DNA from: Octopus bimaculoides | Taxonomy: Eukaryota | Direction: 5' to 3' | Assembly (NCBI RefSeq): GCF_001194135.2 | Contig: NC_068984.1 | Location: forward strand, 43,114,185 to 43,178,184 | DNA length: 64,000 nt | Shown: positions 36,727 to 50,150 of the stretch, piece after piece | Layout of the letters: each line of letters begins with the position of its first letter | Numbering within the stretch: the stretch's first letter is position 1 | The notes under the pieces: generated by a model | The model's input: the letters and a program-made list of their open reading frames with translations, nothing else | What the model was told of the DNA's origin: nothing | Database searches by the model: none | Translations under genes and position numbers: made by a program

Positions 36727-38042
36727 CTGAAATGAGACATAAATGATGAAATTAAGTCATTGGAAAATATCAGAAGTTTATATTTATTCACATTGTACCA
36801 GTATCTAGTCACACAAACACACAGTTTTATACAAGATTGCACATAATGGCAGAAGTAGAAGAGGATAAGATATGGAGTACTAAGTCACAATGCAAGTGTC
36901 TCGTATCTGGGCAGCACAATTATATATACCTCAGTTGATCTAGCTATCAGACAGAGATAGAGATATCTAATCTTCTAAGGATGTTACCAGCAAAGGATGT
37001 TATGTCTATGAAGAGATTAATCTTGCCTACGTAATATGATGAAATCTGATCTCAGGTTTGTCCTAATTAAGATACTTTGAAAGCATTCACATTTTTTCAT
37101 GTGCATTGTTTGCACAAATAAGTAGTCATTCGTAAATATGTTGGGAGACAAATGCTCAAATACAAGCATATAGCAACAGATACTCCAAACAAGTTACCAT
37201 TTGTTTCAAATATAACTCACATTCCAACAATATGGATAGTTACTAGAGGCTATAGAAAAGTCTATAAAACATATCCAAGGTAACGGAATTTGATAATGCA
37301 TTTTCAGTTGATGTTCACCAAAATTTCTATTCTCTGTATTTCAGAAACAATTAAATCAGTCATCTATCTTCAATACTAAACTAAATTAATCTGATTTCTT
37401 CAAAAATGTTAACAAACATACTGTATTGCTGTCATCAGCAGTAAAGACTATCTTTACAAATGAATATAGAATGGTTCAACCTTAAGCCAATCTTTTTCTA
37501 ATCTGTAACCACAATTAACAGTGCCAAATTTGAACTGCCCTGCAAACTAACGAAATATTTATACAATCTTCCTACTGACTTTAACAGTAAACTATTTACA
37601 GCTAGATTGGCTGCACCATTTAAGAGTTAGATATTTAGGTCATGGATTCAATATAGCTGTGATGAAGCTAACAAACCTGTATCACTTCATCCTGCAGTCC
37701 ATCTATAGTTACAACACTATAAGCAGAGAGGAATGGATGGCAGAATTGGTAGAGTATCAGACAAAACATTTATTTCTTGATTCCAAATTCTATTCATGCT
37801 GACAGTGTGATTTGACATCAAATTGTGGGTCAATATTAGTGATTACACACTTAACAGGTGCTACTCAATATAGATGACCAAAGTGAAATGGCTAAAATCA
37901 GTAAAACAGGTGTATTGTTGTTCAAGATTATTTGGAAATGATTCCTTAACATTCTTCAATCATGCTTGATGTGCTTAGCTTGTACATCCTTTTGCTTCAC
38001 AGAACAAAAAGAAAACAAGACAAGTGTCTGAACACAACATAC

Positions 38043-38242
38043 CTGTGGTGAGCGGTTTGAGTGTGGGCTGTAAAAATCAAGACTATTTGAGGAGTTATTG
38101 TGGCTGTTTGGAGAATCAACATATGGACTCATTGGTTGCTTTTGTCGATGACGTTTATGTTGAACAGGGATAAGTGTGTTTTTCTTCAGATCTTCTTTTT
38201 CTAATTTCCTCATCAGCGAAAGTTCTTCAGGATGGCGGATTC
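38043..38242 (-). CDS. FERMT2: Kindlin exon, F1/F1 loop (GIRHPEELSLMRKLEKEDLKKN...NRSPQ)
   Basis: Acceptor tctcag|ga, donor cag|gtatgt; 200 nt, phase 1-0. Confidence 0.93.
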
Positions 38243-38453
38243 CTGAGAAGGAAAGAATTAAAAGAGTTTATATAAAATATAATTACTGGGTGCTCATTTA
38301 AGACTTCTTGAATGCTCTCAAATTCATACCTATGTTTGCTAATCTCTAATTAGACAAACATGAGATAAGACAGTTCTAACCTTATACTCTATGTTATAAG
38401 AGGTTATCACATGCAAGACAAGAGGGAAATTTATTAGCTGCATACCCCTGTTA

Positions 38454-38663
38454 TTAACCCTTTAGTGTTCATATTACTGTCAAATGTTATTTTATTCATA
38501 TTATTTAGAATTAATCATGCATTATCTTGTAGCTTTAAGATTTTGATGATGTGATTGTTAATTCTTAGAATGACATTGTTGGGTAGGTGTGACATGCCAG
38601 ATCTGGTCAGTTTTAGCAAAATATTTGGGCTGGATACGACCAGTTTAAATGCTAAGGTGTTAA
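38454..38663 (-). mobile_element. TTAA MITE family A, uninterrupted 210-bp copy
   Basis: TTAA-CCCTTTAGTGTTCA ... TAAATGCTAAGGTG-TTAA. Confidence 0.8.
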
Positions 38664-40169
38664 GTTTGCTTCACAACCGTGGGATTTCAGATTTGCCCCC
38701 ACAGATTAGTGCCATGAGCAGGTCTTTTCTACTCTTGCTTCAAGTTAACCAGTTCCCTGAAGAATGGAAATTGGTAGATGGGAGTTAAGAAACGCTTGTG
38801 TATGTTTACATGCAGACACAAATGTGAGCATATTTTACCAGCATCTTGAAACTGGTTATAAAGATGCTAGTGGCTTGTGAAAACATGTCTGGCTATAAAG
38901 GTGTTCACCGTTTAAAGGATTAGGGAAAATAGCTTACTTGAAAACAAATGAGGGTTAGGTACATGAAGAGCATCCAGATGTTGAAAAATTGCTAAGCTTT
39001 GACTGACAAATGCCAGCATGGAGAAGTGAACATTAAAATGGTGATAATTAAGCAAGCCTATGAGACAACTAGAAAATGTTACTGCCTTGCTAATCTAATG
39101 GCTTCAGAAAATGTATAGCCTTAGTTCCACAGCTACAAACCAAATCATTTAAAATATGGATTCACAAGAAAATCTCACACTGTCATTAGATAAACTAAAA
39201 TAACCACTTTCAGAACAGAACAAATAACTTAGAATATACAAATTATACCAACTAATCTCATCACTGAAAAGCATAATTGGTGTCGAAGAAACTTCTGTTA
39301 ACAACTGAGATAGTTTATTTGGTTCTTTATAGACATTCATTTTAGAGAATCTCAAATTACAATCTTCTGATTCAATTTTATTTTGTAAAGAATGGAGGAT
39401 TATTTCTGCACAGTGTGAATCTAAGACATGAAAAGAGATTGATTTATCAAGGAAAGACAAAACCAATGTGTAATAGTAGCTGAATAGAAGCTTATCTATG
39501 GTGGCTATTCAAATTGGTTTTAGAGCCACCTAATGAAATTACTGCTATGAGTTAGTATATGTAATTAGATATTTAAAACCTAGAATAAATATTTCAAAAA
39601 TTTAAAGGAAACAGTAGCAGTATCTTCTATATTGAATTTGAATTCTTCCAAAGTCCAACATATGAATGAAAATTCTCTTTTTGACATTCAAACAACTTTC
39701 ACAATATCTAAACACAATAAATGAATGACAACTAGTGATTGCTGATGACAAAAAAAAAAATAAATAAATAAATAAATAAAAGAAAAACAATATAAAACAA
39801 GTACAACTTCATATTTATAACTAGGACCTGCAAAGTGATGCTATCAAAAATAATTACACTTATAAAATTCCCCAATGTTCAATATAATTTTATGTTATTA
39901 ACATAGTTGAATTTAAAACAGTACAGTAAATCTCTCTGCAATCTGCATAAAAGCTGGTCTTGTACATGCTAAAGCCAACATTAAAAATCTGATTGTGCTA
40001 TGTGATGAATTTTGAAGTAGGATAGAAAGATGAAACATAATCAGAAACAATAGTCAGAAGAGGCTAAATAATTAAAAACTGTTCTCAGATCAAGTACTTG
40101 GGTGACTTGCCATTGCCATCTCAGTCGAAATGTGCAAAAAGAAACATTTGCTCAATTATACAATATTCA

Positions 40170-40500
40170 TGTACCACCTGACTGGCCTTCGTACGATTTT
40201 CGAGAGAGATCGTTGCCAGTGCCCCTGGACTGGCTCTTGTGCGGGTGGCACATAAAATACACCATTTTGAGCGTGGCCGTTGCCAGTACCACCTGACTGG
40301 CCTTCGTGCTGGTGACATGTAAAAGCACCCACTACACTCTCTGCGGTTGGCGTTAGGAAGGGCATCCAGCTGTAGAAACTCTGCCAAATCAGATTGGAGG
40401 CTGGTGTTGCCATCCGGTTTCACCAGTCCTCAGTCAAATCGTCCAACCCATGCTAGCATGGAAAGCAGACGTTAAACGATGATGATGATGATGATGATGA
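40170..40500 (+). mobile_element. RTE-like 3' tail with about two internal tandem units and (GAT)7 tail
   Basis: Repeated gttgccagt...ctggactggc/ctgactggc units followed by the body shared with 24907. Confidence 0.88.
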
Positions 40501-42250
40501 TTTACAGCTAAGTAGACTAAGCCAGCAAGAGTTAATTGTGTTAAACATGAGTTTATATTTGAATATATTGTAACATACTTCCAATAGCAAATTTCAAACA
40601 AGCATTCTGAAATTTACAAACTTTTTTTCTTTTTAATATTTATTTATTTATTTATTTTTTCACAACAAATTTCAGAAATTACTTTTAATCTTCAGAGAAC
40701 TGATTATAACTGCCACCACAGAAAAGACATGGGGTTGGAAGAAGCAAGGGAGATAGAAATGGCTTAAATTTTAAAAAGGTCAGAGACAAAAAAATGTATC
40801 AGAACAAGAAATTGCTCTTCCACATGACCTTTAATTATGTACTCTGCAGCGAGAACATATACAGAGTTGTGACACTGCTAATACTTCTAGATTTGACAAC
40901 AGCATTTACAGAGACAGACACACATCTACAGTACCCGTGAACTGTCATAACAAGCTTGCATGTTGACAACCATATGCAGAGTGTATGCCGTGTAGTTTTG
41001 TCAATACATTTTTATAAGGATGCGTATACATGATTTATGCCTAAGGGTTGATTTTGTGCGTAAATTCTTGTCTATGTACATACACACCCCAGTTGATATG
41101 TATAGAATAGGCACAGTTGTAGATCATGTAGAAATGCTCTGAGCAAGAGTTTAAAGTTATGTCAGGAAAATGATTACAAGGTGTTTCTTATTACTTATCT
41201 GATAATGAAGCCACTAAACATAATAAACACAAGCTATTAAAATCATCACCATTTCAACAGCTAAACCCCTGCTATCCTATATAAATGTTACATGTGATAA
41301 CAGTTATCCATACAAAGTGTCTATATTAACAAGGTTGTGACAATAACAGTTTAATGAAGATTGCAGTGTAGCACTTGTTAATATTAAGCCTTGATCTCAG
41401 TAGCACCAAGAAAGTAGATTTCTTGAAAGCCAATATAATGCTTAGCTTTCAGCCGTGTGCTAAACCTAACTGTTACCTATTTAACAGCAAGGGAGTGTTG
41501 GATGTCTTAGTTAAGGATACAACACTAGACTGCTGAATGAACTAATTTGACTAAGAGTAAAAAACTACCCTTTTACTTTACCAGTCCTGCAACACTGACA
41601 AATTTTACAAGTTTTGCAGCAGTACTGAAGATTAATTGTGAAAGCTTTCTTACATTTATGACAAGCTCACTCAAGTTCACTGTACAATCACACGGACTTG
41701 TAACATAATAGGCAAATTTTTGTTAGGACAGCTTTATGTTGAACATTGCCTTTTGTAAAAAAAAACTAGGAAGACAAAAACTGAAAAGTAACCCATTTAT
41801 TAACACTATTATCTATGTTATTGTTAGCAATCTTTAATCTTTATATCCTGCTTAACATAGGTGTATTGTAGAACACCCTTATTACCAATGCATTCACCTT
41901 GAGATACTCTCATAGATGTCTAGTGTTAAGAAACACAGAAATATTGGAAGCAGACAATCATCTAGCTAGCATTAATAGCAGAACTGCTAGATCACCTGAT
42001 TTCAGCAAGTTTGCAATTCATCAGCAGCAGGCAACCAGTAAAATCAATGCCTTCAAACAAAAATACTTGTTCTGCCTAAGTTGCCCTGACACGCCTTTGT
42101 CATTTCTCATCATCATAACCTGTAAACAACACTACTGTTCACAAAATGAGATGAAAAAGTTGAATGCAAAGAGCCTGAAATAATTGTTTCTAGTTAGGGT
42201 ACAAGGCTCGAAATTTGGAGTGGGGCTGGAGTTTAGTCAATTACATTATC

Positions 42251-42822
42251 GGATCTTTTTTAAAACGGGGGGNNNNNNNNNNNNNNNNNNNNNNNNNNNN
42301 NNNNNNNNNNNNNNNNNNNNNNNNNNNNNNNNNNNNNNNNNNNNNNNNNNNNNNNNNNNNNNNNNNNNNNNNNNNNNNNNNNNNNNNNNNNNNNNNNNNN
42401 NNNNNNNNNNNNNNNNNNNNNNNNNNNNNNNNNNNNNNNNNNNNNNNNNNNNNNNNNNNNNNNNNNNNNNNNNNNNNNNNNNNNNNNNNNNNNNNNNNNN
42501 NNNNNNNNNNNNNNNNNNNNNNNNNNNNNNNNNNNNNNNNNNNNNNNNNNNNNNNNNNNNNNNNNNNNNNNNNNNNNNNNNNNNNNNNNNNNNNNNNNNN
42601 NNNNNNNNNNNNNNNNNNNNNNNNNNNNNNNNNNNNNNNNNNNNNNNNNNNNNNNNNNAATTACAGAAATACGACAACTTTAACATGGAATAATTTATGG
42701 ATTTCTTTTTTTTTTAAGAAGACTAAGAGAAAAAGATGTTTTATATGACACATTCTACCAGTGATCCAAGTTTCAAAGTGTTTCGTTAATGAAAAATGTG
42801 GCCCCCCTTTTAAAAAAGATCC
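42251..42822. mobile_element. Non-autonomous DNA transposon, Merlin-like (GG termini, 8-bp TSD), inserted in a MetaSINE-like copy
   Basis: TIRs GGATCTTTTTAAAACGGGGGG / CCCCCCTTTTAAAAAAGATCC; TSD ACATTATC at 42243-42250 and 42823-42830; interior largely gap. Confidence 0.8.
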
Positions 42823-43039
42823 ACATTATCTCCAATACATGACAGGTACTTTATTTATTGACTCCAGGGAGAGGAAAGCAAAGTTAATGAAATGGAGTAG
42901 CTGTTAGAATATCAAGGTGTTTCTCTCATTCTTCTATTTGTTTTAGTGCGGCCAGGCTTTTTTTCTTTTTTTTTTTTTTAGCCTGGCACTTCTGTTGGCC
43001 TATTTTGTTGAACTGCTATGTTACCAGGCATAAGTGTGC

Positions 43040-43215
43040 GCGTGCACACAAACAAATAAATAAATGGCCTTTATTTTAGTTTCTATCAAATTCACTACCA
43101 AGATTTTAGTCAGCCCTAGGCTATAGTAGAAGGTACTTTCCCAAAGTGCCATGCAGTAGAACTGAATCCAGAACCAGGTGGTTGGGAAGCAAACTGTACC
43201 ACACAGCCACATTTG
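43040..43215 (-). mobile_element. SINE family 1 head fragment
   Basis: aggctatagtagaagg...gtgccatgcagtagaactgaatccagaacc...ccacacagccac. Confidence 0.7.
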
Positions 43216-46200
43216 TACCTATGCTGGGCAGAGCAGCTTTTAATTGGATGTGTGATTAGTGAAGTGGTTGTAATAGGTTATGTGGTTAGCAGTGTCACCA
43301 ATCAAATCCATTTCTATTAAACCAATGTGAACATCTATCTTAGTGAATAATTATATGTAGAGACGTTGAAATAAAGTGAAAAAAATCACTACTATTATAG
43401 AGACTATAAAATTTAGCTTTATGAAGAGTAATTAAAGTTTCAAAAAATTTCATTAAAGGTCTGCTTCAAATATCAGCAAAAGTTGAAAGTCACTTAATAT
43501 TTTCCGTGTATGTGGCTTATAATACATCCATTTTCTATAATATGCTAGAAAGTTTCTATGAAAATGAAAAACTGAAATGAACACTTCTCTAATGCTCAAA
43601 AGTACAAAGTATAACCACACTTGAACTGTAATGCTTTTTATAAGCGGAAAAAATGCATTGGCTAAAAACAGCCAGTTAATACTATATCTACTACAAACAA
43701 ATGAGATGAAGCGATATTTGAAAATGTCTGCAAAAACCATGGGTAAAGCACTTTTTTCCAAACCAAACCATTAAAATGAAATGAATAAAAATAGCTTGGC
43801 ACCAGCTATCTTCATCCAAGATGAAACTGTGCAGAGCAATGATGACGTAACTGAAGAATTTTTAACATTTCACATATGTAAATAAACTTAAAACTTTGTA
43901 ATGTATGACTTGTTGCATTCAACTATGCTGTTGTCAGCTCATAAAAGAAGTAAAGAAGGTAAAGGTTGCTCTGTCCAACAGTTACATAACAGATTAACAT
44001 GAAAATAGCTCATTAGTGACATGATTCCTAATACAGAGGCTGGGAAAAGATATACAGTAATGGGTGATAGTGTGGTAAGGGAATGTTTGAGATAAGGGCA
44101 CTGGTACGCAGGAGAGATGATTGATGAAGGGAAAGGTGGGAGTAAAATAAATATTAGACACACTGATAGAATGATTGCTTGACATTTTCTAAAAGGTCAT
44201 CAGTGTATATATAAATCAGTTTAATGATAGATGAGTGGGGAAGGGATTAGAGAAACACCAGAAAATTAAACAGTGAGAAAACCCATGGAGTCAAGATGAA
44301 AAAAAAAAAATTTACATAAAAACGGAAAAAAAAAAAAAAAAGGAAGCAGTATATGAGAAGAGAAAAGAGAGAGAACTAGGTATGTACACACTCAGCAGAA
44401 AGAAATACAGACCCTCCAATTACTGGTAGAATTAGTTGTTTTTATTTAATAAGTACAGGTTTTAATTTAGACTATTAATGCAATGTTACATATTAAAAAA
44501 AAAAAGAAATCATAGTATGTAAATCATATCTAGGGGTTTTAATTTATACCAACTGGTACAGAAGGAGCATAGTAAATCACACTTAAGACCTACAGAGCTG
44601 AAATTTCATTTTGCTCACTTGATGGAATATAGCTGAAGAAATACATTTACTCAATGGTTCAGACAATCTATTAATAGATCTACATTTGGTGGCATGATGG
44701 GGGTGTTTTTCATTACTCATGAGTGGAATATAGTACATTTCCACTCATATTTAACAAATGCTAAAAATCATAATTCCAGACTCCAAGTAGTTCCATCAAA
44801 AGTATATCTTCTAATTAATACTATTAAGTGAAAATATCTTTAATATTATGGGAAAACAAAAAAGGAAACTGTGAGCAAATATTCTTCAGTTCTTTCCTTC
44901 CTGGATGTAATCATCCTGATATTAAATGGAACTCAGTTTGTAACATTTTCATAGGGTAAAGTGAAAAACATTTCCTTTGCTCACAGCATTTGGCTCGGAG
45001 CCATCTAATAAATTTTGGCATTATGCTATCTAATACATTATTATTTTTATTATTATTAGGTCAATTTTGCTTTTCATCCTTTCAGAATCGACAGAATAAG
45101 GTATTAGCCAAGTACTGGGATTTCAGGTATCAACTTCCTTCAAATCAGCTGGCCTTGTGCCTAAATCAGAAACCTGAAATAAACGGCACAGTTAAATATT
45201 GATACTGAAGTGAAATGTATTATTGGAAAAACTAAAATACATAAAAACCAGTGAAGTCTTACAGATGTCAAGATTAAACCTATTCAATTCATCTGTTGAA
45301 GATGAGAGTAGTAAAACAAGCTACACTCTATACAGCATTATAGCAGCCCTCCACTCTGTTACATGCTGATAATAGTGATTTTTTTTTCAGCTATCTAGTC
45401 AAACGGTGGTGGTGGTGGTGGTGGTGGTGATGCTGGTTAGCATTCCAGCACTGACTATTCCACACATGGTCACAAGGCCATATTTACTGCATACCAACAC
45501 ATACCATATTATCTCTAAATGAGAGGGCAACTGAACAAGGTCAGAGTCCTTGACCTGTTACTGAACAGAGAGAAGGGTGCTAGATACATTCATTACCAGC
45601 ACTTCTACAAATAGACCATACAGTTTAGGTTTGTGGCATACAAGACAGGAACAAAATTTCAAAATATTGAGGAGAAACATATTGTTAAAGATGAGTCAAT
45701 AGTTAATATAATGTCACTAGAAAGTTTGCTTTTATAGAGTTCATTATCTATAGGATGTGTAACCCTTAGAGGGGGAAAGAGTGATAGGTAGAGTGCAGAA
45801 GAGCTATTAAAAGCCACTTTATAATATACCAATCATATTTTAAAAGCTGCAATTAATTATTATTAGCAGCATGACAGAAAAATGTCCAATGCAAAAGACT
45901 GCAGCAATGGTGTAGGAGTAGTAGAAAATACATTCATATATTTTTTATTGGTACTAATTAAAAAAAGAAAACGAACCAAAATTTATAATTCAGACCACAG
46001 TGCAGGTTTAAGAAACTAGAAGTAGAATAAAATCCAAAGCGACATACGCATTCCACAATATTTAAGATTTGATATTTATGTCCTTGAGTAATTTCATACC
46101 AATTATTTTATAAAATCTATTTCATTAACCATCTGACAGATGCCAAATCCAGAAAAAGTATTTTTAAAAATAAGAGTTGTGATTTCACATTTATATCAAA

Positions 46201-46682
46201 CATAAGAACATTATATAAACATTGATAGATACAAAAATATACAAATGTCAAAAGAGCAAACAAAATCAGTTATGAGTGTATATTTTGTAAAGAGACAGAT
46301 ACAATCAATTGTCAAATATATTCAAAATACATGTACATTTGCAAAAACTTGCAGACATACCAGCATGTAAGTTTTTACAAATGAGCATGCAATCACTAAG
46401 CACACTCAGATGAAGCGAAACACAAGAGGGATATTCGGAATATCTAGCTTGTATGCAAGATAACTACAATCTAATCACCAGATAAAATAAGTGAACAACT
46501 TGACAAACTACTCTACGCTAGGTGCTTGAAACTTCTGGGTAAGTGAAGAGGATTGAACTCCTCACCAGTCCAGATTTATTCTACAAAAGCTTCCTCTCTC
46601 CACCAACATTAATCATTTCTTTCTTGGGTTGATAAAATAAAAACACCTGTCCAAACAATGCATCCAACTGAATTAGCTAGAC

Positions 46683-46955
46683 CAGTGATTCTCAACTGGG
46701 ATCCATATTAGATTTTGTCATTAAAGTTTATGTGCAATAAATTGGTTATACTTCTACAAAACACAAAATATTTTAATTTTCCTTATATGATTCGTAATTA
46801 TATTTAATTATAAAAATATAATAGGATTTTTTTAATGTCAAATGGTTATGAGAATGCATCCAAGGGAAACAAGAATCAGGGGGGGGGGGGGNNNNNNNNN
46901 NNNNNNNNNNNNNNNNNNNNNCAATAAGTAAAAAAAAAATGGTTGAGAAACATTG
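46683..46955. mobile_element. hAT (Charlie-type) MITE
   Basis: TIRs CAGTGATTCTCAAC / GTTGAGAAACATTG; 8-bp TSD AGCTAGAC / AACTAGAC with central CTAG. Confidence 0.82.
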
Positions 46956-49559
46956 AACTAGACCTTCCTACCTTGTACCTGTGTCAGAAATTCATATTTT
47001 TATTACACTGCTCTGATGTGATTTGCCCCACTTCAAATGTTATATGTCAAGTAATTCTTTAGTACTTAAACAGAAATCTCTGAAAATTGTAATCACATAT
47101 TTATGAAGATTCTGGGTATGCCATCTTCATTTAGCATATCCACAATCAAAATATGACATCTAAAACACTAATCAAATAATACTGTAATGAAAATAGCAGA
47201 CCAGAGAATTTGTTTAACAACAACTTGGGTTTGTTTAAAACAAATTCATTCCCTTTTTACAGTCCATATTGCAAATGAATCGTTAGATTTCAACCTTATA
47301 GTCAAAAAGCTGTAATGAATAGTGATATCTTACATCAGATTATAGTTAATTTGACCAATAAAATGAAAATTCTAAAATTAATAGCAAAATGGTTACAATT
47401 CAATGCTTGGCAATTGTCAACATGTCTGAGCATTTTCAAAAGACAGTCTTAACATAAGTCCTCTAACGCCACCATTTCTGGAAGTACTTAATGTCTACTA
47501 ATTAGTAATTGCAACTGTAATGTCTTCCTTTTTAACTAAATTGCTATCTGAGAATGAGATGTCATCTGTAATCTCTGTATACTCTCTTAGTTATCAGCAG
47601 TAAAGCAGGTGGTTGTGAGACAGAAGAGAAAACAATCACTTGGTATGTGACTTTCAGTTCCTTGACAAAGATTAGTAGTCTACACAAGTATTTGGACCCA
47701 TCAAAGTAGAAAAAAGTCGCAGTTAATTTCAGTGTGCTTTGTGACTGGATCAAATAAAATATTCATTTTTCTGTAATATTATCCATGAGTAAGGGGTTTT
47801 ACAAGCCATAAAACATTGCAAATGTTTGCAGCCATGGGTGTGCACATCAAACAACGTTTTTCAATTTCAATAGCTTCACTGTTTAGTATGTTGATTGTGC
47901 TTGTACAAGTGTACAGCTTTTGGGGATACAGAATGTGAAGTTTTAGACGGCATGAAGTACTGAGGCAGAATAACTAGAAACATCAGAATGGGCTCAAGTA
48001 GACAAGAAAATCTTACATACTGAATGTTGATAAATGAAAAGGAAAAAGTTGAAAAGCTTATTTGGGGTAAGTGCCAATAGAGTTATGCATTGACTGAGAG
48101 TAAATGAAAAGATGCAGGGCCAGAGATTTTGGTAACTTTAGTAATTTAGAGTATTTAATAACCTTGACAGTTAAATTTTAAAAAATGATGGCCAGTGTAA
48201 GTGAAAATGTTTTCACCATAGGAATAGAACCATCAGAAAGATTTAGAAGGGAAAGACAATTGACCAAAGTTGTAAAGGAGTTTTATAAAGAACATTGCAA
48301 TCACTTAACTGTTAGGAAATTTTATTTATTTGTACTTATTTTGTTGTGTGCTAACTCTTAACACTGAAGTTTTCTATACTCACAACTAGTGCTTCAACTT
48401 GCAATAAATTCCATTGTAACTTAGTTCAAGTGAAAATATAAATATTGTTTAAATTTTGCAGCTGTTTTTAGTTTAATATAATGAAAACATAAGTGGCTGT
48501 TCTTTCAGAACTGATTTTAAAACAGAACTATACTTTAAAACTGATCTTTCTCATGTTACAATGAGAAAGGGAATAAAATAAATCCATTACATTTATGATG
48601 GTGAGTAAACTAGAACTAATCCTTTTACTTGCTACTTACAAAGAAACAAACACACACAACAAAATATGCAATGGATATTGTACCATAAAGTGTAGCCAAG
48701 CAAGCATGTTCGGGTTATGAATTTTCCACCAATATTTGAAGCTCTACCAGTTCAAAAAGACTTCACACAGCTTATTTAACAATATCAATAACAACTAGAG
48801 AGATGACTCCTCAAAAATCAATATTGCTGGTTCATGACACAATTACTTAATGAAATAGAAGGTGGATAGAGTTCATTGCAACTGAACAGCATGGTTGATT
48901 GTAATAAGTAAACCACATTAGCAATCTCTTCTATCTCTTAGTTTTTTTTTTATTTATATGGACCAGCCAACTGACATTGTCAAAGGGTCCAACTGCAGCA
49001 ACAATTTTTCTATAACTATATGATTGCTTATACTTACAATAATTCCTGAATGTAAGTTTGAGTAAAAGAAGATATACTGCTAAAATTAGATTGACATATC
49101 AAACAGGAGATGAAATTCATTTTAGATTTAACATAACAGAGAATAGGAAAGAGGAATTTAAATAGTATTACTTTTTCACTGAGAATGCTTCTACAGTGAA
49201 TCAAATTAACTGCTAGTTTGTCAGACAGTAAAATCTACTTCAAGATGGCATCACTGTACACAATTGGGTAATAGCGAAGAGAGTTTCTTCATTTCTCATT
49301 TAAACAGTGAACATACAATGTCAAAGTTAATTGAGATAGGGTATTTAACATCACTAATATTAAGCTATAAAACCTTAATTCTTTCAAACCATCACTGACA
49401 TTAAGTTGAAAAATAATTCTTTCTAAAGATCCATATAACAGCAGATTTATTTAACAGATAAGAGATATAGCTCCTTGGATAAGACACTAGTCTACCACAG
49501 GTTATTTCTCCTGTGGAATTAATTGAGTCAAATACTGCAAGCAAATTAACCACTCTACA

Positions 49560-50150
49560 GCTTGCTGCTTATGTCAGCAATGAGATACCTACGTACAGTT
49601 AGATGAACAACTGCAGATCTACAACTAGAGGAAAATACAGGCAAGAAGGGAATTGCAGAAGGGTTAACATTCTAGGAAGGCATAATTATATACAGACAAG
49701 GGGTTGGAAGACAAAATGGATGGTGAAAAGAGATAGATGGACCTAGGTGAAGATGGCCCAATACCAGCCAACTCTAAGAAGTACAGTAGAAAAGGCAGAG
49801 TGAAAAGACAGTACATATGTGCACTAGAGGTTGGACTGCGGATGAATGATTTTATCAATAGCATCTCCACAGATTAGGAGTATTAATTCATTGTTGATTT
49901 TACTTGAGCTTTATAAAGTATCAACGACTGTTGAGAGCTGAACTGTCTGCAGGTCTTAAGACCATTTTTGAGATGGATTTTTTATGTTGCAAATATAATA
50001 TCTGCAAGGGAAGATTGTTAGTTATTGTGAGGAGGCCTAGTATTTTTAATGATTTAAAAAGGTTTAGTCATGTAGTCTATGACAAGGGTGGAAGAGTGTA
50101 CAATGCTAAGTAGTACAAGATGTCAACATTGTCGGACTGAGTTAAGAAAA
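49560..50150 (-). mobile_element. Decayed Jockey/CR1-group LINE, post-RT region
   Basis: KILGLLTITNNL (about 50010-50046), LILYKAQVK (about 49900-49925), QPLVH...SLCLFY (about 49785-49835); many stops and frameshifts. Confidence 0.65.

Larger units (their letters stand above)
16722..38242 (-). other. FERMT2: Kindlin/fermitin gene (single invertebrate co-ortholog of FERMT1/2/3), ten coding exons covering F1-F2-PH-F2-F3; F0/N-terminus not found in window
   Basis: Exons join in frame (1718 nt, phases 1-0-2-0-0-2-1-0-0-0). Hallmark motifs [59 protein letters not shown]. Confidence 0.96.

Noticed and set aside
39149-39466. 105-aa ORF as the missing kindlin exon or a nested gene
   Set aside because: No kindlin or other recognisable motif and no phase-1 donor fit.
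41582-41775. Candidate upstream kindlin exon (pyrimidine tract and gtaaag donor)
   Set aside because: Stops in all three frames and no F0/F1 similarity.
42184-42748. Long ORFs in the track (also 12970-13228, 56362-56712)
   Set aside because: Artefacts of N runs.
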